NCBI GenBank assembly: GCA_029881675.1
Contig: JAOUMD010000002.1
Span: 10,228-74,227, forward strand
Source: Minisyncoccota bacterium
GTDB lineage: Bacteria > Patescibacteriota > Microgenomatia > UBA1400 > PJMF01
Length of the DNA stretch: 64,000 nucleotides
Direction: 5' to 3'
Made by a program: the position numbers and the translations under genes. Shown piece after piece: positions 19,014 to 28,902 of the stretch (its first letter is position 1; each line of letters starts with the position of its first letter). The notes under the pieces are model-generated. The model made no database searches. It was not told the DNA's origin and saw only the letters and a program-made list of their open reading frames with translations.

Positions 19014-19961
19014 TTATTTCTTTCTTTTTACTCTTCTTTCCGCAATAAATACTCCTATAAAGATTACTAATAAAGACATCACTTGTACAGTATTTATTTT
19101 TTCTCCAAGTAAGATAAATCCTAATGGAATATAGACTAATGGTTGGAGATACCAGAATAAACTGGCTTCTGATGCTTCGATACCTTCTTGACCTTTAATA
19201 TATGCAGTTAGACCAATGATTGAACCAAAGACTGCCATATAGAAAGCAGGCCAGAGCACTGAAATATTACTTAATTCTGTACTGATAAATGGAATAAGTG
19301 AAAGAGGATTGAAACTTCCAATTTCAAATAAGCTTAAAGAAGCAAATATAACTAAGCTAATGTAAAAACTGATACTACTAACTAATAACTTTGGGATACC
19401 CTGGTATGTCTTCTTTGCTAATGGGAAATAAAAGAGGTTAAGAACGTTATGGAGTAATATTAAGAGGTTTCCCCAAATAGAAAATTTTCCAAACTGGCCA
19501 TTTAAAGCAAAAATAGGGGCTAAAGTTAGAATAATGGTTCCAAAGAAGGCAATAATTAATCCGAGCCATTCATGACGTTCTTGTTTTTCTTTTAATAAAA
19601 TAATCCCACCTAAAGTAACAAAAATAGGAACTGTAGTAGTTAAAAGATTTGCTTCAAGTGCAGAGGTGAGTTTTAAACCAGAGTAGAGGACTGCTAGAGC
19701 AAGTCCACTACCAATTGTTTCAAGGAGAATAATATTTTTTAAGTTAACTTTTTTTAGAACTGATTTTTTGGTTTTTTTAATTGTGAAGAATAGAATCGGT
19801 AAAGCAAAAATACCAGCAATTAAGTATCTATAAAGTAAGTATCGAAATGGAGTAGTAAACTCAAGGGCAGGTTTAATAATTACAAAGGCAGCACCCCAAA
19901 CAATAGTATTGATTAGGAGAAAAAAATAAGACTGGAATCTTGTATTTCCTTTTTTAGCCAC
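19014..19961 (-). CDS. EamA/DMT superfamily transporter
   Basis: ~10 TM helices in two EamA-like halves. Confidence 0.7.
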   Translation of the reverse strand: MAKKGNTRFQSYFFLLINTIVWGAAFVIIKPALEFTTPFRYLLYRYLIAGIFALPILFFTIKKTKKSVLKKVNLKNIILLETIGSGLALAVLYSGLKLTSALEANLLTTTVPIFVTLGGIILLKEKQERHEWLGLIIAFFGTIILTLAPIFALNGQFGKFSIWGNLLILLHNVLNLFYFPLAKKTYQGIPKLLVSSISFYISLVIFASLSLFEIGSFNPLSLIPFISTELSNISVLWPAFYMAVFGSIIGLTAYIKGQEGIEASEASLFWYLQPLVYIPLGFILLGEKINTVQVMSLLVIFIGVFIAERRVKRKK

Positions 19962-20077
19962 GATTTAGCTTATCATTTTTTCCTTCTGGTTTGTATCTTT
20001 GGAAAAGAAGAGAGTCTTGTTTTATGACTATAAATTTTTATATACTGCCTTAGTTAATAACTAACAGAAAGATTAAT

Positions 20078-20221
20078 ATGTGTGGAAGTTGTGAAGAACA
20101 TAATATGAGTGGAGCTAGTTGCTCTTGTGAAGGTGGCGAATGCTCATGTGGTGACAAAAAAGAAGAAGGTTCTTGTCCTGACTGTGGATCAAAATCATGT
20201 GCTAGTAACTGTAAAGAATAG
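20078..20221 (+). CDS. small Cys-rich metallothionein-like peptide (47 aa, 10 Cys)
   Basis: MCGSCEEHNMSGASCSCEGGECSCGDKKEEGSCPDCGSKSCASNCKE; C-x-C / C-x-x-C clusters; below the ORF-track length cutoff. Confidence 0.4.
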   Translation: MCGSCEEHNMSGASCSCEGGECSCGDKKEEGSCPDCGSKSCASNCKE

Positions 20222-20267
20222 TTAGATAGCTATAAAGTTTTAAATAGAAATAGTAAGCAGCTGGAGA

Positions 20268-21515
20268 TTATTTAAGAATCTCAGCTGCTTTTTCTATGGT
20301 GACAATTTCTTGATTACCAGAAGTCATGTCTTTGACAACGACTTTACTTTCTCCTTGTTCAAACTCGTTTTCTCCAATGATGATAACAAAAGGAATATTT
20401 TTGCTATTAGCATACTTAAATTGTTTACCTAGTTTATCTATGGCAGGGTAGACTTCAGTAGCGATACCTTGTTTTCTTAGATATGAAGCGCTGGCTAGGG
20501 AAGCAAGTTTATACTTTTCTCCAAAAACTGTGACTAATACTTTACTAGTACTATTTTTCTTTGGCAGTAATCCAAGACTTTGTGCTGCCTCAACTGTCCT
20601 ATCAAAGCCAAAAGCAACTCCAACAGCAGGAACATCAACACCACCAAGTTCATTAATGAGGTTGTCATAACGACCACCACCACCACATGAACCAGAACCA
20701 TATTCTGGCAAGTTAATCTCAAAGATCATCCCAGTGTAGTAGTCTAGACCACGAGCCAAGAATGGGTTAAAGACTAATGAGTCTTTAGGTACTCCAAGTT
20801 TAATTGCCCCGATAACAATAGATGATAGTTCTTCTGAAGGTTTACTTTTTTCTAAAGTTTCTAAAGCTTTTGTAGCATTGTCCTTACTCAGACCCTTTTC
20901 TACTAATTCTGCGACAACCTCTAGCTTTTCTTTTTTATCTAACTTATCTACAGATTGAATAATAGAGTAGACGTCTACAGAGTCAGTCACAAAAGGAGTT
21001 AAAGCCTCAATGAGAATAGTTCTGTCATTAAGATTTAACTTAATATTTTTAAAGCCAATGTTTTTGTAAGCAAAGTAGCTACAAGCTAGAATTTCACTAT
21101 CTGCAATATTTGATTTGCTACCAAAGATATCAATATCACATTGAGTAAACTCACGATATCTACCTTTCTGAGGCTTATCTGCCCTAAAGACATTTTGAAT
21201 TTGGTATCTTCTAAAGTATTTAGGTAACTTTCCTTGATATTGAGAAAGAACTCTAGCACTAGGGACAGTTTGGTCATATCTTAAGGCCACACTACGATCA
21301 CCCCTATCTTTAAAGGAGTAAACTAGCTTGTCTGCTTCATCACCATATTTACCAAGCAAGAGAGATGCATACTCTAAGGTAGGAGTTTCAAGAGGTTCAA
21401 AACCGAACCTCTCAAAGGTTTCTACAATCTTTCCTTGGACAACATTTCTAGCCCTTTTTTCCTCTGGTAGAAAGTCTCTGAAGCCTTTTAGTGTTTGTAT
21501 ATTTTTATTTGACAT
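20268..21515 (-). CDS. hisS: histidyl-tRNA synthetase
   Basis: Class II motifs, N-terminal LKGFRDFLPEE, His-binding GGGRYD. Confidence 0.9.
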   Translation of the reverse strand: MSNKNIQTLKGFRDFLPEEKRARNVVQGKIVETFERFGFEPLETPTLEYASLLLGKYGDEADKLVYSFKDRGDRSVALRYDQTVPSARVLSQYQGKLPKYFRRYQIQNVFRADKPQKGRYREFTQCDIDIFGSKSNIADSEILACSYFAYKNIGFKNIKLNLNDRTILIEALTPFVTDSVDVYSIIQSVDKLDKKEKLEVVAELVEKGLSKDNATKALETLEKSKPSEELSSIVIGAIKLGVPKDSLVFNPFLARGLDYYTGMIFEINLPEYGSGSCGGGGRYDNLINELGGVDVPAVGVAFGFDRTVEAAQSLGLLPKKNSTSKVLVTVFGEKYKLASLASASYLRKQGIATEVYPAIDKLGKQFKYANSKNIPFVIIIGENEFEQGESKVVVKDMTSGNQEIVTIEKAAEILK

Positions 21516-21640
21516 ATTATTTATTTGTGCCCGTGAGGGTGATTTCTTTGTTTTATTGTAACTTATTATAATTTATCAGGGTGAATAGAGTCTAATTAAT
21601 TATTTTGATTATTTTTTCTTTAATTTTGATTTTTTCTATT

Positions 21641-21668
21641 AAAAAACTCCCTGAAGGGAGCTAATAAT
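21641..21668 (-). terminator. intrinsic terminator downstream of pepP (minus strand)
   Basis: Minus-strand reading AGCTCCC-TTCA-GGGAG followed by TTTTTT. Confidence 0.5.
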
Positions 21669-21806
21669 AAATACAACAATTAACCCCCTTAAATATGAGA
21701 GTTGTGATGAGCTACTAGTTGAGCTGTTATGTTTGTATTCATAGGAGTATTGTAGCACATCGTCTAAAATAACTATAGGATTGTTAAGTCTTTTTATGAT
21801 AAATAC

Positions 21807-22868
21807 TTATAAAGTAATCTCTAAAGTCTCTTTTTTATTAAAACAAATGGTGTTCTCATATCTAATCCCAAACTTACCTTTAAGGTATATTCCAGGCTCA
21901 ATGGTAAAGATAATATTATCCTTTAGTTTTGTTTCTTCTTTCCAATTAATTGAAGGAAATTCATGAATATCCAAGCCTAAACCATGCCCAGTAGTATGGA
22001 TAAAGAACTGCCCATATCCAGCTTCTTTTATATATTCTCTGGTTGCTCTATCAATATCAGAAACAGGCTTATTTATGCCATTACGAGCAGCATTAAGACC
22101 TTTTTTATATGCACCGTGGATGATTTCTTCTACCTTTTTATACTCCTTGGTTGGATGGTCTCCAAACCAAAAGCTTCTGGTCATGTCTGATCTGTATCCT
22201 TTGTAAGTGGCACCAAAGTCAATCAATACTGCCATATTATTTTTGAGTTTCTTATCTGTTGGCTGGTGATGGGGTAGAGCTGAGTTTTCTCCAAAAGCAA
22301 TAATAGTGGGGAAAGCTGGTTTCTCACTACCTTTTTCCTTCATTATTTTTTCTAAGAGTTCTTTGACCTTTTCTTCTGTAATTCCTACTTTAATTTTCTT
22401 TTCTAGTTCTTGAAATGATCTCTTGCTGATTTTAGCTGCTTTCTTGACATGGAGTATTTCTTGTTCATCCTTAATCATTTTTTGATGTGGGATATGGGTA
22501 GGAGACATCTCTGTTATTTTTACTTCTAGAGAACCAAGTAAATCTGATTCTGATACATATGTTTGAGATTTATTAATTTTGATTTCTTTTATATCGTCTT
22601 TTTTGATAATTTCTTTGAGGTGGCTAGTTAATTTAGATTTATATATATCTGGGTAGTATTCTAGACAATTATGTTTTGTTAGAGGGTTAAAACTAGAGTA
22701 GAGAAGATTGGCTGATTTTTTTGTAATAACTAAATATGATTCTCGTTCTTCAGAAACTAGGAAATTAAAACCGGTGTAGTAGTGGATATCACTTTCTTTT
22801 GTGATAAAAAGAGCTGTGTGGGATGGTAGTTTATCTTGAATGAACGAGAGACGATTTTTATTTATCAT
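21807..22868 (-). CDS. pepP: M24 family Xaa-Pro aminopeptidase/prolidase
   Basis: M24 metal-binding signature HTTGHGLGLDIHE, pita-bread fold residues. Confidence 0.8.
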   Translation of the reverse strand: MINKNRLSFIQDKLPSHTALFITKESDIHYYTGFNFLVSEERESYLVITKKSANLLYSSFNPLTKHNCLEYYPDIYKSKLTSHLKEIIKKDDIKEIKINKSQTYVSESDLLGSLEVKITEMSPTHIPHQKMIKDEQEILHVKKAAKISKRSFQELEKKIKVGITEEKVKELLEKIMKEKGSEKPAFPTIIAFGENSALPHHQPTDKKLKNNMAVLIDFGATYKGYRSDMTRSFWFGDHPTKEYKKVEEIIHGAYKKGLNAARNGINKPVSDIDRATREYIKEAGYGQFFIHTTGHGLGLDIHEFPSINWKEETKLKDNIIFTIEPGIYLKGKFGIRYENTICFNKKETLEITL

Positions 22869-22873
22869 CTAAT

Positions 22874-23599
22874 TTACTCTTCATCGATGATAGTGAGAAT
22901 CCTGACTCTCTTAGCAATTTTTTCACCGTCATCATCAAAGGCGATGATTAAGGCTTGAGTATCTTCTTCAATATCTGTTCTGTTAATTTCTTCACCATTA
23001 AGATCTTCATATGAAGTCTTACTGTTTAATGTAATAGCAGTTTCTTCTTCCCCTGATCTAGGAGTGACAGTCAGTTCATATCTTTCAATGGCACTAATAT
23101 TTCCAATTGTTATATAGCTAGGTCTTGGTCTGAGAGTTTCTCCAGAGACTAAAATTCTCAGAGGTTTAAAAGTATCATCTTCTATTATGCCCATGATAAC
23201 TAACCAGTTTTCTACAGCGATGTCAGATAAGACTATTTCTTTGCCATCCTTGAGAATTTCTACATCCTCTGTAATTGGGATGATTCTGGTTGCTTGATTT
23301 GTTTTTACAGTGATTGCTTCTTCACTAATTCTTTGAACTTCACCAATAAAGCCTTGTTTAGTAGCGTCTAAGTTAGAAATAATGCCTTTAATCTGCTCTT
23401 TTTTTTCTTCAACAATTTTTTCTATTCTTTCTTTGAGTTTTTGTGTAGTCTTACTTGAAAGAGAAGCATCTAGGACAACAGATTCTTCTGCACTGACTAG
23501 AGACACAACACTTAAACTCAATGAGGCTATTAGGGTTAATGATAGTAGAAATCTAAATAGGTTATTTTTCATCTTGATCATTTGAGTCACTACTTGCAT
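22874..23599 (-). CDS. secreted hypothetical protein
   Basis: Signal peptide/TM at N-terminus; no known domain. Confidence 0.4.
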   Translation of the reverse strand: MQVVTQMIKMKNNLFRFLLSLTLIASLSLSVVSLVSAEESVVLDASLSSKTTQKLKERIEKIVEEKKEQIKGIISNLDATKQGFIGEVQRISEEAITVKTNQATRIIPITEDVEILKDGKEIVLSDIAVENWLVIMGIIEDDTFKPLRILVSGETLRPRPSYITIGNISAIERYELTVTPRSGEEETAITLNSKTSYEDLNGEEINRTDIEEDTQALIIAFDDDGEKIAKRVRILTIIDEE

Positions 23600-24059
23600 C
23601 TGTTATTTCATCAGCAGTTTCTTCCTCAGGAGTTTCGATTAAAGGTTTTGTTGTATAGATAACAGTTAATTCTTCTGTAGTTAGTTTACCATCTTCATTA
23701 ATTGAGTTTATTTGAATGATATTACTGCCAACTTCTAATGTAGCCGAAATAGAGAAATTACCTGACTCATCTGCAGTAGTAATGAATTCTTCTTCATTAA
23801 CTAGGATAACGACAAATTCATTATGGTTTGTAGAACCAGCAATAGTAATACTGTCTTCTTCTTGAATAGTTTCATTTAAAGGAGAGTGAATTACCAGATT
23901 ACTAAGGATGTCAGCACTTGCTTCAGGTGAAGGAGATGTTTCTAAGGTTGTGTTTTTATTCTTTGGAGTAAAAATTATCTTAGTGCGGTATACTCCAAAT
24001 ACAATAACGAGACCAACCAGTAGTCCAATCAAGATAGCTAAAAATAATTCTTTTTTCAT
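23562..24059 (-). CDS. membrane-anchored hypothetical protein (Ig-like C-terminal region, acidic tail)
   Basis: N-terminal TM; overlaps downstream gene by 38 nt. Confidence 0.4.
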   Translation of the reverse strand: MKKELFLAILIGLLVGLVIVFGVYRTKIIFTPKNKNTTLETSPSPEASADILSNLVIHSPLNETIQEEDSITIAGSTNHNEFVVILVNEEEFITTADESGNFSISATLEVGSNIIQINSINEDGKLTTEELTVIYTTKPLIETPEEETADEITDASSDSNDQDEK

Positions 24060-24161
24060 TTGGTAACATATTATAATTAATACTGGTATATATTCAACTT
24101 GAGTATGGAATAAGTCTTTGATATTTTAGTATTTAACAAGATAAATGAGAGGTAAATAATT

Positions 24162-24818
24162 ATGGAAATAACATATTTAGGTCATAGTAGCTTTAAATTA
24201 AAGGGTAGTGAAGGGACTGTTGTAACGGATCCTTTTGATGGTTATGTAGGCTTTAATATGCCTTCAGCTAGTGCTGACATTGTAACGGTGTCTCATGATC
24301 ATAAGGATCACAATAACACAAAACCTATTAGTGGAACTGCTCGTAGAAAGAGCCCTTTTATCGTTGATCATCCTGGAGAATATGAGGTTGGAGGCATTTC
24401 TGTCTTTGGTGTAAAGACTGCTCACGATGATAATGGAGGAGTTGAAAGAGGAGATAATACTGTTTATTCAATTTTGATTGATGGAGTTAAAGTTTGTCAT
24501 CTTGGTGACTTGGGTCATGAGCTAACTCAAGCTCAACTTTCAGAAATTGGCAGTGTAGATATACTTCTTTGTCCGGTAGGAGGAGTTTTTACTATTGATC
24601 CAAAGATGGCTGTAAAGACAATTCAAGCATTAGAACCAAGCTATATTATCCCAATGCACTATAAAACTCCAAAGCATGATACAAATGTCTTTGGTGAACT
24701 AAATACTTTAGAAGAGTTCTTAAAAGAATATGGTGCAGAAGTTACTCCAGAAGCAAAGTTATCAACTACCAAAGAAAGATTACCAGAAGAAACTGAACTA
24801 GTTGTTTTGGTAAATTAA
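24162..24818 (+). CDS. metallo-beta-lactamase fold hydrolase (UPF0173-like)
   Basis: MEITYLGHSSFKLKG...TDPF N-terminus and HxHxDH-like motif (SHDHKDH). Confidence 0.75.
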   Translation: MEITYLGHSSFKLKGSEGTVVTDPFDGYVGFNMPSASADIVTVSHDHKDHNNTKPISGTARRKSPFIVDHPGEYEVGGISVFGVKTAHDDNGGVERGDNTVYSILIDGVKVCHLGDLGHELTQAQLSEIGSVDILLCPVGGVFTIDPKMAVKTIQALEPSYIIPMHYKTPKHDTNVFGELNTLEEFLKEYGAEVTPEAKLSTTKERLPEETELVVLVN

Positions 24819-24821
24819 TAA

Positions 24822-26126
24822 ATGAAGCCTAGAATTCCACCACATGATATGGCTGCAGAGGTATCTGTATTGGGTTCAATTTTAATTGACTCGGAGGCTA
24901 TTATTCATGTTGCTGAAGTTTTGATGGCAGACGATTTTTATGAGCCTTCTCACAGAATGATTTATGAAGCAATGGTTTTACTTTTTGAAAAGAGAAAGCC
25001 AATTGATGCCGTTACGCTAGCTAGTGAGTTAAAAAAAGCAAAGACTCTAACTGAAGCCGGTGGAGCCTCAGCAATTGCAAAGCTCACTAATGAAGTTTCT
25101 ACTTCTTCTAATGTTACTCATTACGCAAATATCGTAGCTGAATGCTCAATGAGGCGTAGTATTATCTCAACCTCTGCAGAGCTTGGAGAATTAGCTTTTG
25201 ATGAGTCCAAAGAAGCAAAAGATATCTTAGATATCACGGAGCAAAAGATCTTTGCTATCTCTCAAAAACAAGATCGAGATGCCTTTGTCCCAATTAAAGA
25301 TACTTTGTCACATAGTTTTGAGCGTTTGGATGAAATGCAACGTAACCCAAATGCGACAAGAGGAATTCCAACAGGTTTAGCTGACTTAGATAACATTTTG
25401 GCTGGGTTTGGTAAATCTAACTTAATTATCCTAGCGGCTCGTCCTGGTATGGGTAAGACTGCATTGTCACTGAATATTGCTCAACATATTGCTGTAAACG
25501 AGAAGCTTAAAGTTGGAGTTTTCTCACTCGAAATGAGTAAGGAAGAACTAGTTGATCGTCTTTTGGTATCTCAAGCTGATATTGATGCTTGGAGACTAAA
25601 GACTGGTAGATTGGATCAACAAGACTTTATGAAGCTTTCTGATGCAATGGGTGTTTTAGCTGATGCTGATATTTTTATTGACGATAAACCGGGTATGTCT
25701 ATTTTTGAAATGAGAACAAAAGCAAGGAGATTAACTATGGAACATGGTTTAGATTTTCTTGTTGTTGATTACTTACAGCTTGCCCATGGAAGAACAAGAG
25801 ATAATCGTGTCCAAGAGGTTGCTGAAATTTCTGGAGGACTTAAAAATATTGCTCGTGAACTCCGTATTCCAGTCTTAGCTCTCTCACAGCTCTCTCGTGC
25901 TATTGAGAGTAGAGGAGAGAAGACTCCACAACTTTCTGACCTTCGTGAATCTGGTTCCATCGAGCAGGACGCAGATGCGGTTATGTTTTTATACAGACGA
26001 GATGATGATATTAGAGAATCAGTTAACTTAAAGATTGCCAAGCACAGACATGGTTCCACTGGTGACATTGATCTTTACTTTAGAGGTGATAGATTGAAAT
26101 TCTATGGTTTGGAGAGTAGACGTTAA
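24822..26126 (+). CDS. dnaB: replicative DNA helicase
   Basis: DnaB N-terminal domain (AEVSVLGSILID), Walker A ARPGMGKT, RecA-like C-terminal domain. Confidence 0.9.
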   Translation: MKPRIPPHDMAAEVSVLGSILIDSEAIIHVAEVLMADDFYEPSHRMIYEAMVLLFEKRKPIDAVTLASELKKAKTLTEAGGASAIAKLTNEVSTSSNVTHYANIVAECSMRRSIISTSAELGELAFDESKEAKDILDITEQKIFAISQKQDRDAFVPIKDTLSHSFERLDEMQRNPNATRGIPTGLADLDNILAGFGKSNLIILAARPGMGKTALSLNIAQHIAVNEKLKVGVFSLEMSKEELVDRLLVSQADIDAWRLKTGRLDQQDFMKLSDAMGVLADADIFIDDKPGMSIFEMRTKARRLTMEHGLDFLVVDYLQLAHGRTRDNRVQEVAEISGGLKNIARELRIPVLALSQLSRAIESRGEKTPQLSDLRESGSIEQDADAVMFLYRRDDDIRESVNLKIAKHRHGSTGDIDLYFRGDRLKFYGLESRR

Positions 26127-26186
26127 TTTCCTCTTTTTCAAATTAATTTGAGTGATACTTTCAATAGTGTATAGTTATGTCTATAA

Positions 26187-26708
26187 ATGGCAAAGGAACT
26201 TAAGCAAAGATCTTTCATTGAATTATTGAGAGATTTTGTTTCTGACAAAGGTTTTAATTTATTTATTTCCACTTTCAGTCGTACTTCTCAAGACACTACT
26301 CAAATCCTCAAGAGTAAAGAAGACATCCTCAAATATTCTGAAAAAATTGAGTTAATCTCACTTGATGAGCTTAGAGATTTAATTCTTTCTGACGTAGAGA
26401 ATAATAGTGGCTCAAGTGATTTAGGATACTTTGGAATGATAATTAATGAAGCTATTGAAGGTTTTGAGTTAGCACAATCACTTCTAGGTAAGGATGAGAG
26501 CAGAGGTGTGAAAGATCTGATAACTAAAGCATTGATCAATTACTATAACTTTTCTAATGAATTAACCACTCTTTTTGAGCAAGATGTCTTAGAAGAAAGA
26601 CAATTATTGATTGAAGAATTTAAACTAAAGGTAGCAAAAACTAGGGATAATTCAAATTTAGAAATATTAACGTCCCATCTAGTTAAGATCGCAAAAGATA
26701 CAAAGTAA
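26187..26708 (+). CDS. hypothetical protein
   Basis: ORF only. Confidence 0.35.
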   Translation: MAKELKQRSFIELLRDFVSDKGFNLFISTFSRTSQDTTQILKSKEDILKYSEKIELISLDELRDLILSDVENNSGSSDLGYFGMIINEAIEGFELAQSLLGKDESRGVKDLITKALINYYNFSNELTTLFEQDVLEERQLLIEEFKLKVAKTRDNSNLEILTSHLVKIAKDTK

Positions 26709-26945
26709 TTAAGCCTTAGTAAATCCAAAGAGAAGATAAACAAGCCCCCCTGAGAGAACCATAAAGATAAGAAGGAAGCCTAAGTTAGATTTAAGATTTT
26801 TTGAAGCTTTATCTGGATCAGCTGCATCTGCACTAATGATGATTACCATCGCAATAGCAAGCCAAATAATTCCTCTTAGAACAATAGAACCAAAGCTATC
26901 TATAGCAAAGGCACTAATAACAAGCTCACGAATAGTTTCTTCCAT
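26709..26945 (-). CDS. small membrane protein (2 TM)
   Basis: ORF, two hydrophobic segments. Confidence 0.35.
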   Translation of the reverse strand: MEETIRELVISAFAIDSFGSIVLRGIIWLAIAMVIIISADAADPDKASKNLKSNLGFLLIFMVLSGGLVYLLFGFTKA

Positions 26946-27009
26946 ACTTTAATATGATTTGTTTTATGGGTAAAAGCAAGTGCTTTTTTTAATCTTGGGA
27001 ATCTTTTTG

Positions 27010-27093
27010 TGCCGAGAGAGGGACTTGAACCCTCACGAGAGTGATCTCATGGGTTTTTGAGACCCACGCGTCTACCGATTCCGCCACCTCGGC
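27010..27093 (-). tRNA. tRNA-Leu (anticodon CAA), long variable arm
   Basis: Minus strand reads GCCGAGGTGGCGGAATCGGTAGACGC-GTGGGT-CTCAAAA-ACCCAT-(long arm)-GAGGGTTCAAGTCCCTC-TCTCGGCA; cloverleaf folds, anticodon CAA. Confidence 0.85.
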
Positions 27094-27132
27094 AGGTTAT
27101 AGATGGTATTTTACTCCGAAAGGTAGTATTTC

Positions 27133-27579
27133 TCAACGTAAGAAGTAAATTGCAGCCACTACAATTACCTGTGGTAATAAACCAAAGAACATATTTGGAG
27201 TGGAATGGTGAAAGAAATGATGAAGATTATAGATCGGATCTAGGAATTTCATTCTAAATTTAAGGAAGTTTCTTGGCGCATCTAGTAAGTCAGGCAGAAT
27301 TCCAAATAATCCTCCAGCCCAAATGTGCCATTGAATTTGTTCTATACCTTTTTGAAAAAAATAATAAATTAATATTGCAGTAACAATTAATTCTCCAACT
27401 TCAAAAATAATTGCAGTGCTTTTTTTTCTTTTTCCTGAGTTCATCCCTGTCCCAAAGTCCCAATGAGGGATCCAATCGCCAAGATAGTGAGCAGCGATAG
27501 CTAGCGGACCATAGGCAACTGGGTGTGGGATTTGGGAGGCGATATAAGCTCCGGTTAAACTGTGTGGAATTGAAAGCAT
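27133..27579 (-). CDS. His-rich membrane protein, possibly DUF457-like membrane-bound metal-dependent hydrolase
   Basis: 3-4 TM segments, His clusters (HYLGDWIPHWD, HHFFHH). Confidence 0.3.
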   Translation of the reverse strand: MLSIPHSLTGAYIASQIPHPVAYGPLAIAAHYLGDWIPHWDFGTGMNSGKRKKSTAIIFEVGELIVTAILIYYFFQKGIEQIQWHIWAGGLFGILPDLLDAPRNFLKFRMKFLDPIYNLHHFFHHSTPNMFFGLLPQVIVVAAIYFLR

Positions 27580-27673
27580 AGGAGGTTATTGTAACGTGTT
27601 TTTTTAAATGGCGCTATAACTTTACTGGTGTAATACTCTGGCACGATAATGATCTCTGGGTTATGATATCTCT

Positions 27674-28498
27674 ATGTGGCCAGTTATTTTTTCACTAGGT
27701 AGATTTGAGTTAAGAACAATAAGTGTTTTCTTTTTTATTGCTTTATTTTCTGGATCATATGTTTTTTGGAGAAGAGGAAAGGAAGAGCATTATTCAGAAA
27801 TGGACTTGTTTGACGGATTGATATTGTCACTTCTCTTTGGTTCACTACTTGGTAGATTAGCCTTTATTTTCTTTAACTTAGAACAATTGGGAGTTAATTT
27901 AATAAAGTGGTTAGATATTTTTACCTATCCAGGAATTAACTTGCCTGTTTTATTTATAGCAGGAGGTATTTATCTTTACCGTTTTTCATTAAAGAAACGT
28001 TGGGATGTATTTGAAGTTTTAGATTTTTCTGTAGGTGCATTTAGTTTATCTCAGTTTTTTATCTGGACGGGTTCGTTTCTTGACGGGACAGGTTTTGGAG
28101 TAAAAACAGATTTGCCAATTGGGATAGTATTTCCTGGAGTCTTTGAAAAACATCATCCAGTTCAGTTATATTTCATGATTTTTTATCTAGCACTTTTCTT
28201 ATATTTAGTTAGAGTAGAGTACAACTACCGCACATATTCTTGGTATAGATTTGGAAAAAAGACAGCTCAGACAGGTTTTCTTACTAGTATGTTCTTTATT
28301 TTCTTTGGATTTTTTAATCTGATTATTTCTTTCTTCTCTTTACCTACAATTGTTGTTGGTGGTTTAAGGCTAGATTATCTTTTGAGTATTTTTGCTTTAT
28401 TGTTTGGGATATTCTTACTGAGTATTCGTTCAGGAAGAATTTCTACTAAATTTTTTGGAAAGCGAAATAAACGCTTATTAGAAACATTTAAGGTTTGA
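27674..28498 (+). CDS. lgt: prolipoprotein diacylglyceryl transferase
   Basis: Lgt-like N-terminus (PVIFSLGRFELRTISVFF), G..LGR.. motif, multi-TM; followed by lspA. Confidence 0.7.
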   Translation: MWPVIFSLGRFELRTISVFFFIALFSGSYVFWRRGKEEHYSEMDLFDGLILSLLFGSLLGRLAFIFFNLEQLGVNLIKWLDIFTYPGINLPVLFIAGGIYLYRFSLKKRWDVFEVLDFSVGAFSLSQFFIWTGSFLDGTGFGVKTDLPIGIVFPGVFEKHHPVQLYFMIFYLALFLYLVRVEYNYRTYSWYRFGKKTAQTGFLTSMFFIFFGFFNLIISFFSLPTIVVGGLRLDYLLSIFALLFGIFLLSIRSGRISTKFFGKRNKRLLETFKV

Positions 28499-28902
28499 TG
28501 AAGAAATATTTTTATTACTTCCTTTTTTTCTTTTTAGTTTTGATTGATCAACTTTCTAAGTTTTGGGCAAGCTCAATGGGTTTTGTAACAGAAAATGGGG
28601 GAGTTTCATTTGGTTTGATGAATGGATTTGGAGGAGAGATTTATGTTCAACTGATTCTTTTGTTAGTTCTTTTTTATATCCTTCATAAGTCAATTATGCC
28701 TGCATTACTGAAAACATTTTTTCTATCAGGCGTTGTTTCTAACACAATTGATCGTCTTTTCCTTGGTGGAGTAGTGCAAGATTGGTTGCCTATACCTCTG
28801 GTAGGAATAAGGAATAACTTTGCCGACTGGTTTATCTTCCTCGCGATTGTACTTTATGTAATAAAATACGGATATGAATATAGAAATAATTTACGAAGAT
28901 AA
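28495..28902 (+). CDS. lspA: lipoprotein signal peptidase II
   Basis: DQLSK, NTIDRLFLGGVVD, FADWFIF motifs of peptidase A8. Confidence 0.75.
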   Translation: MMKKYFYYFLFFFLVLIDQLSKFWASSMGFVTENGGVSFGLMNGFGGEIYVQLILLLVLFYILHKSIMPALLKTFFLSGVVSNTIDRLFLGGVVQDWLPIPLVGIRNNFADWFIFLAIVLYVIKYGYEYRNNLRR

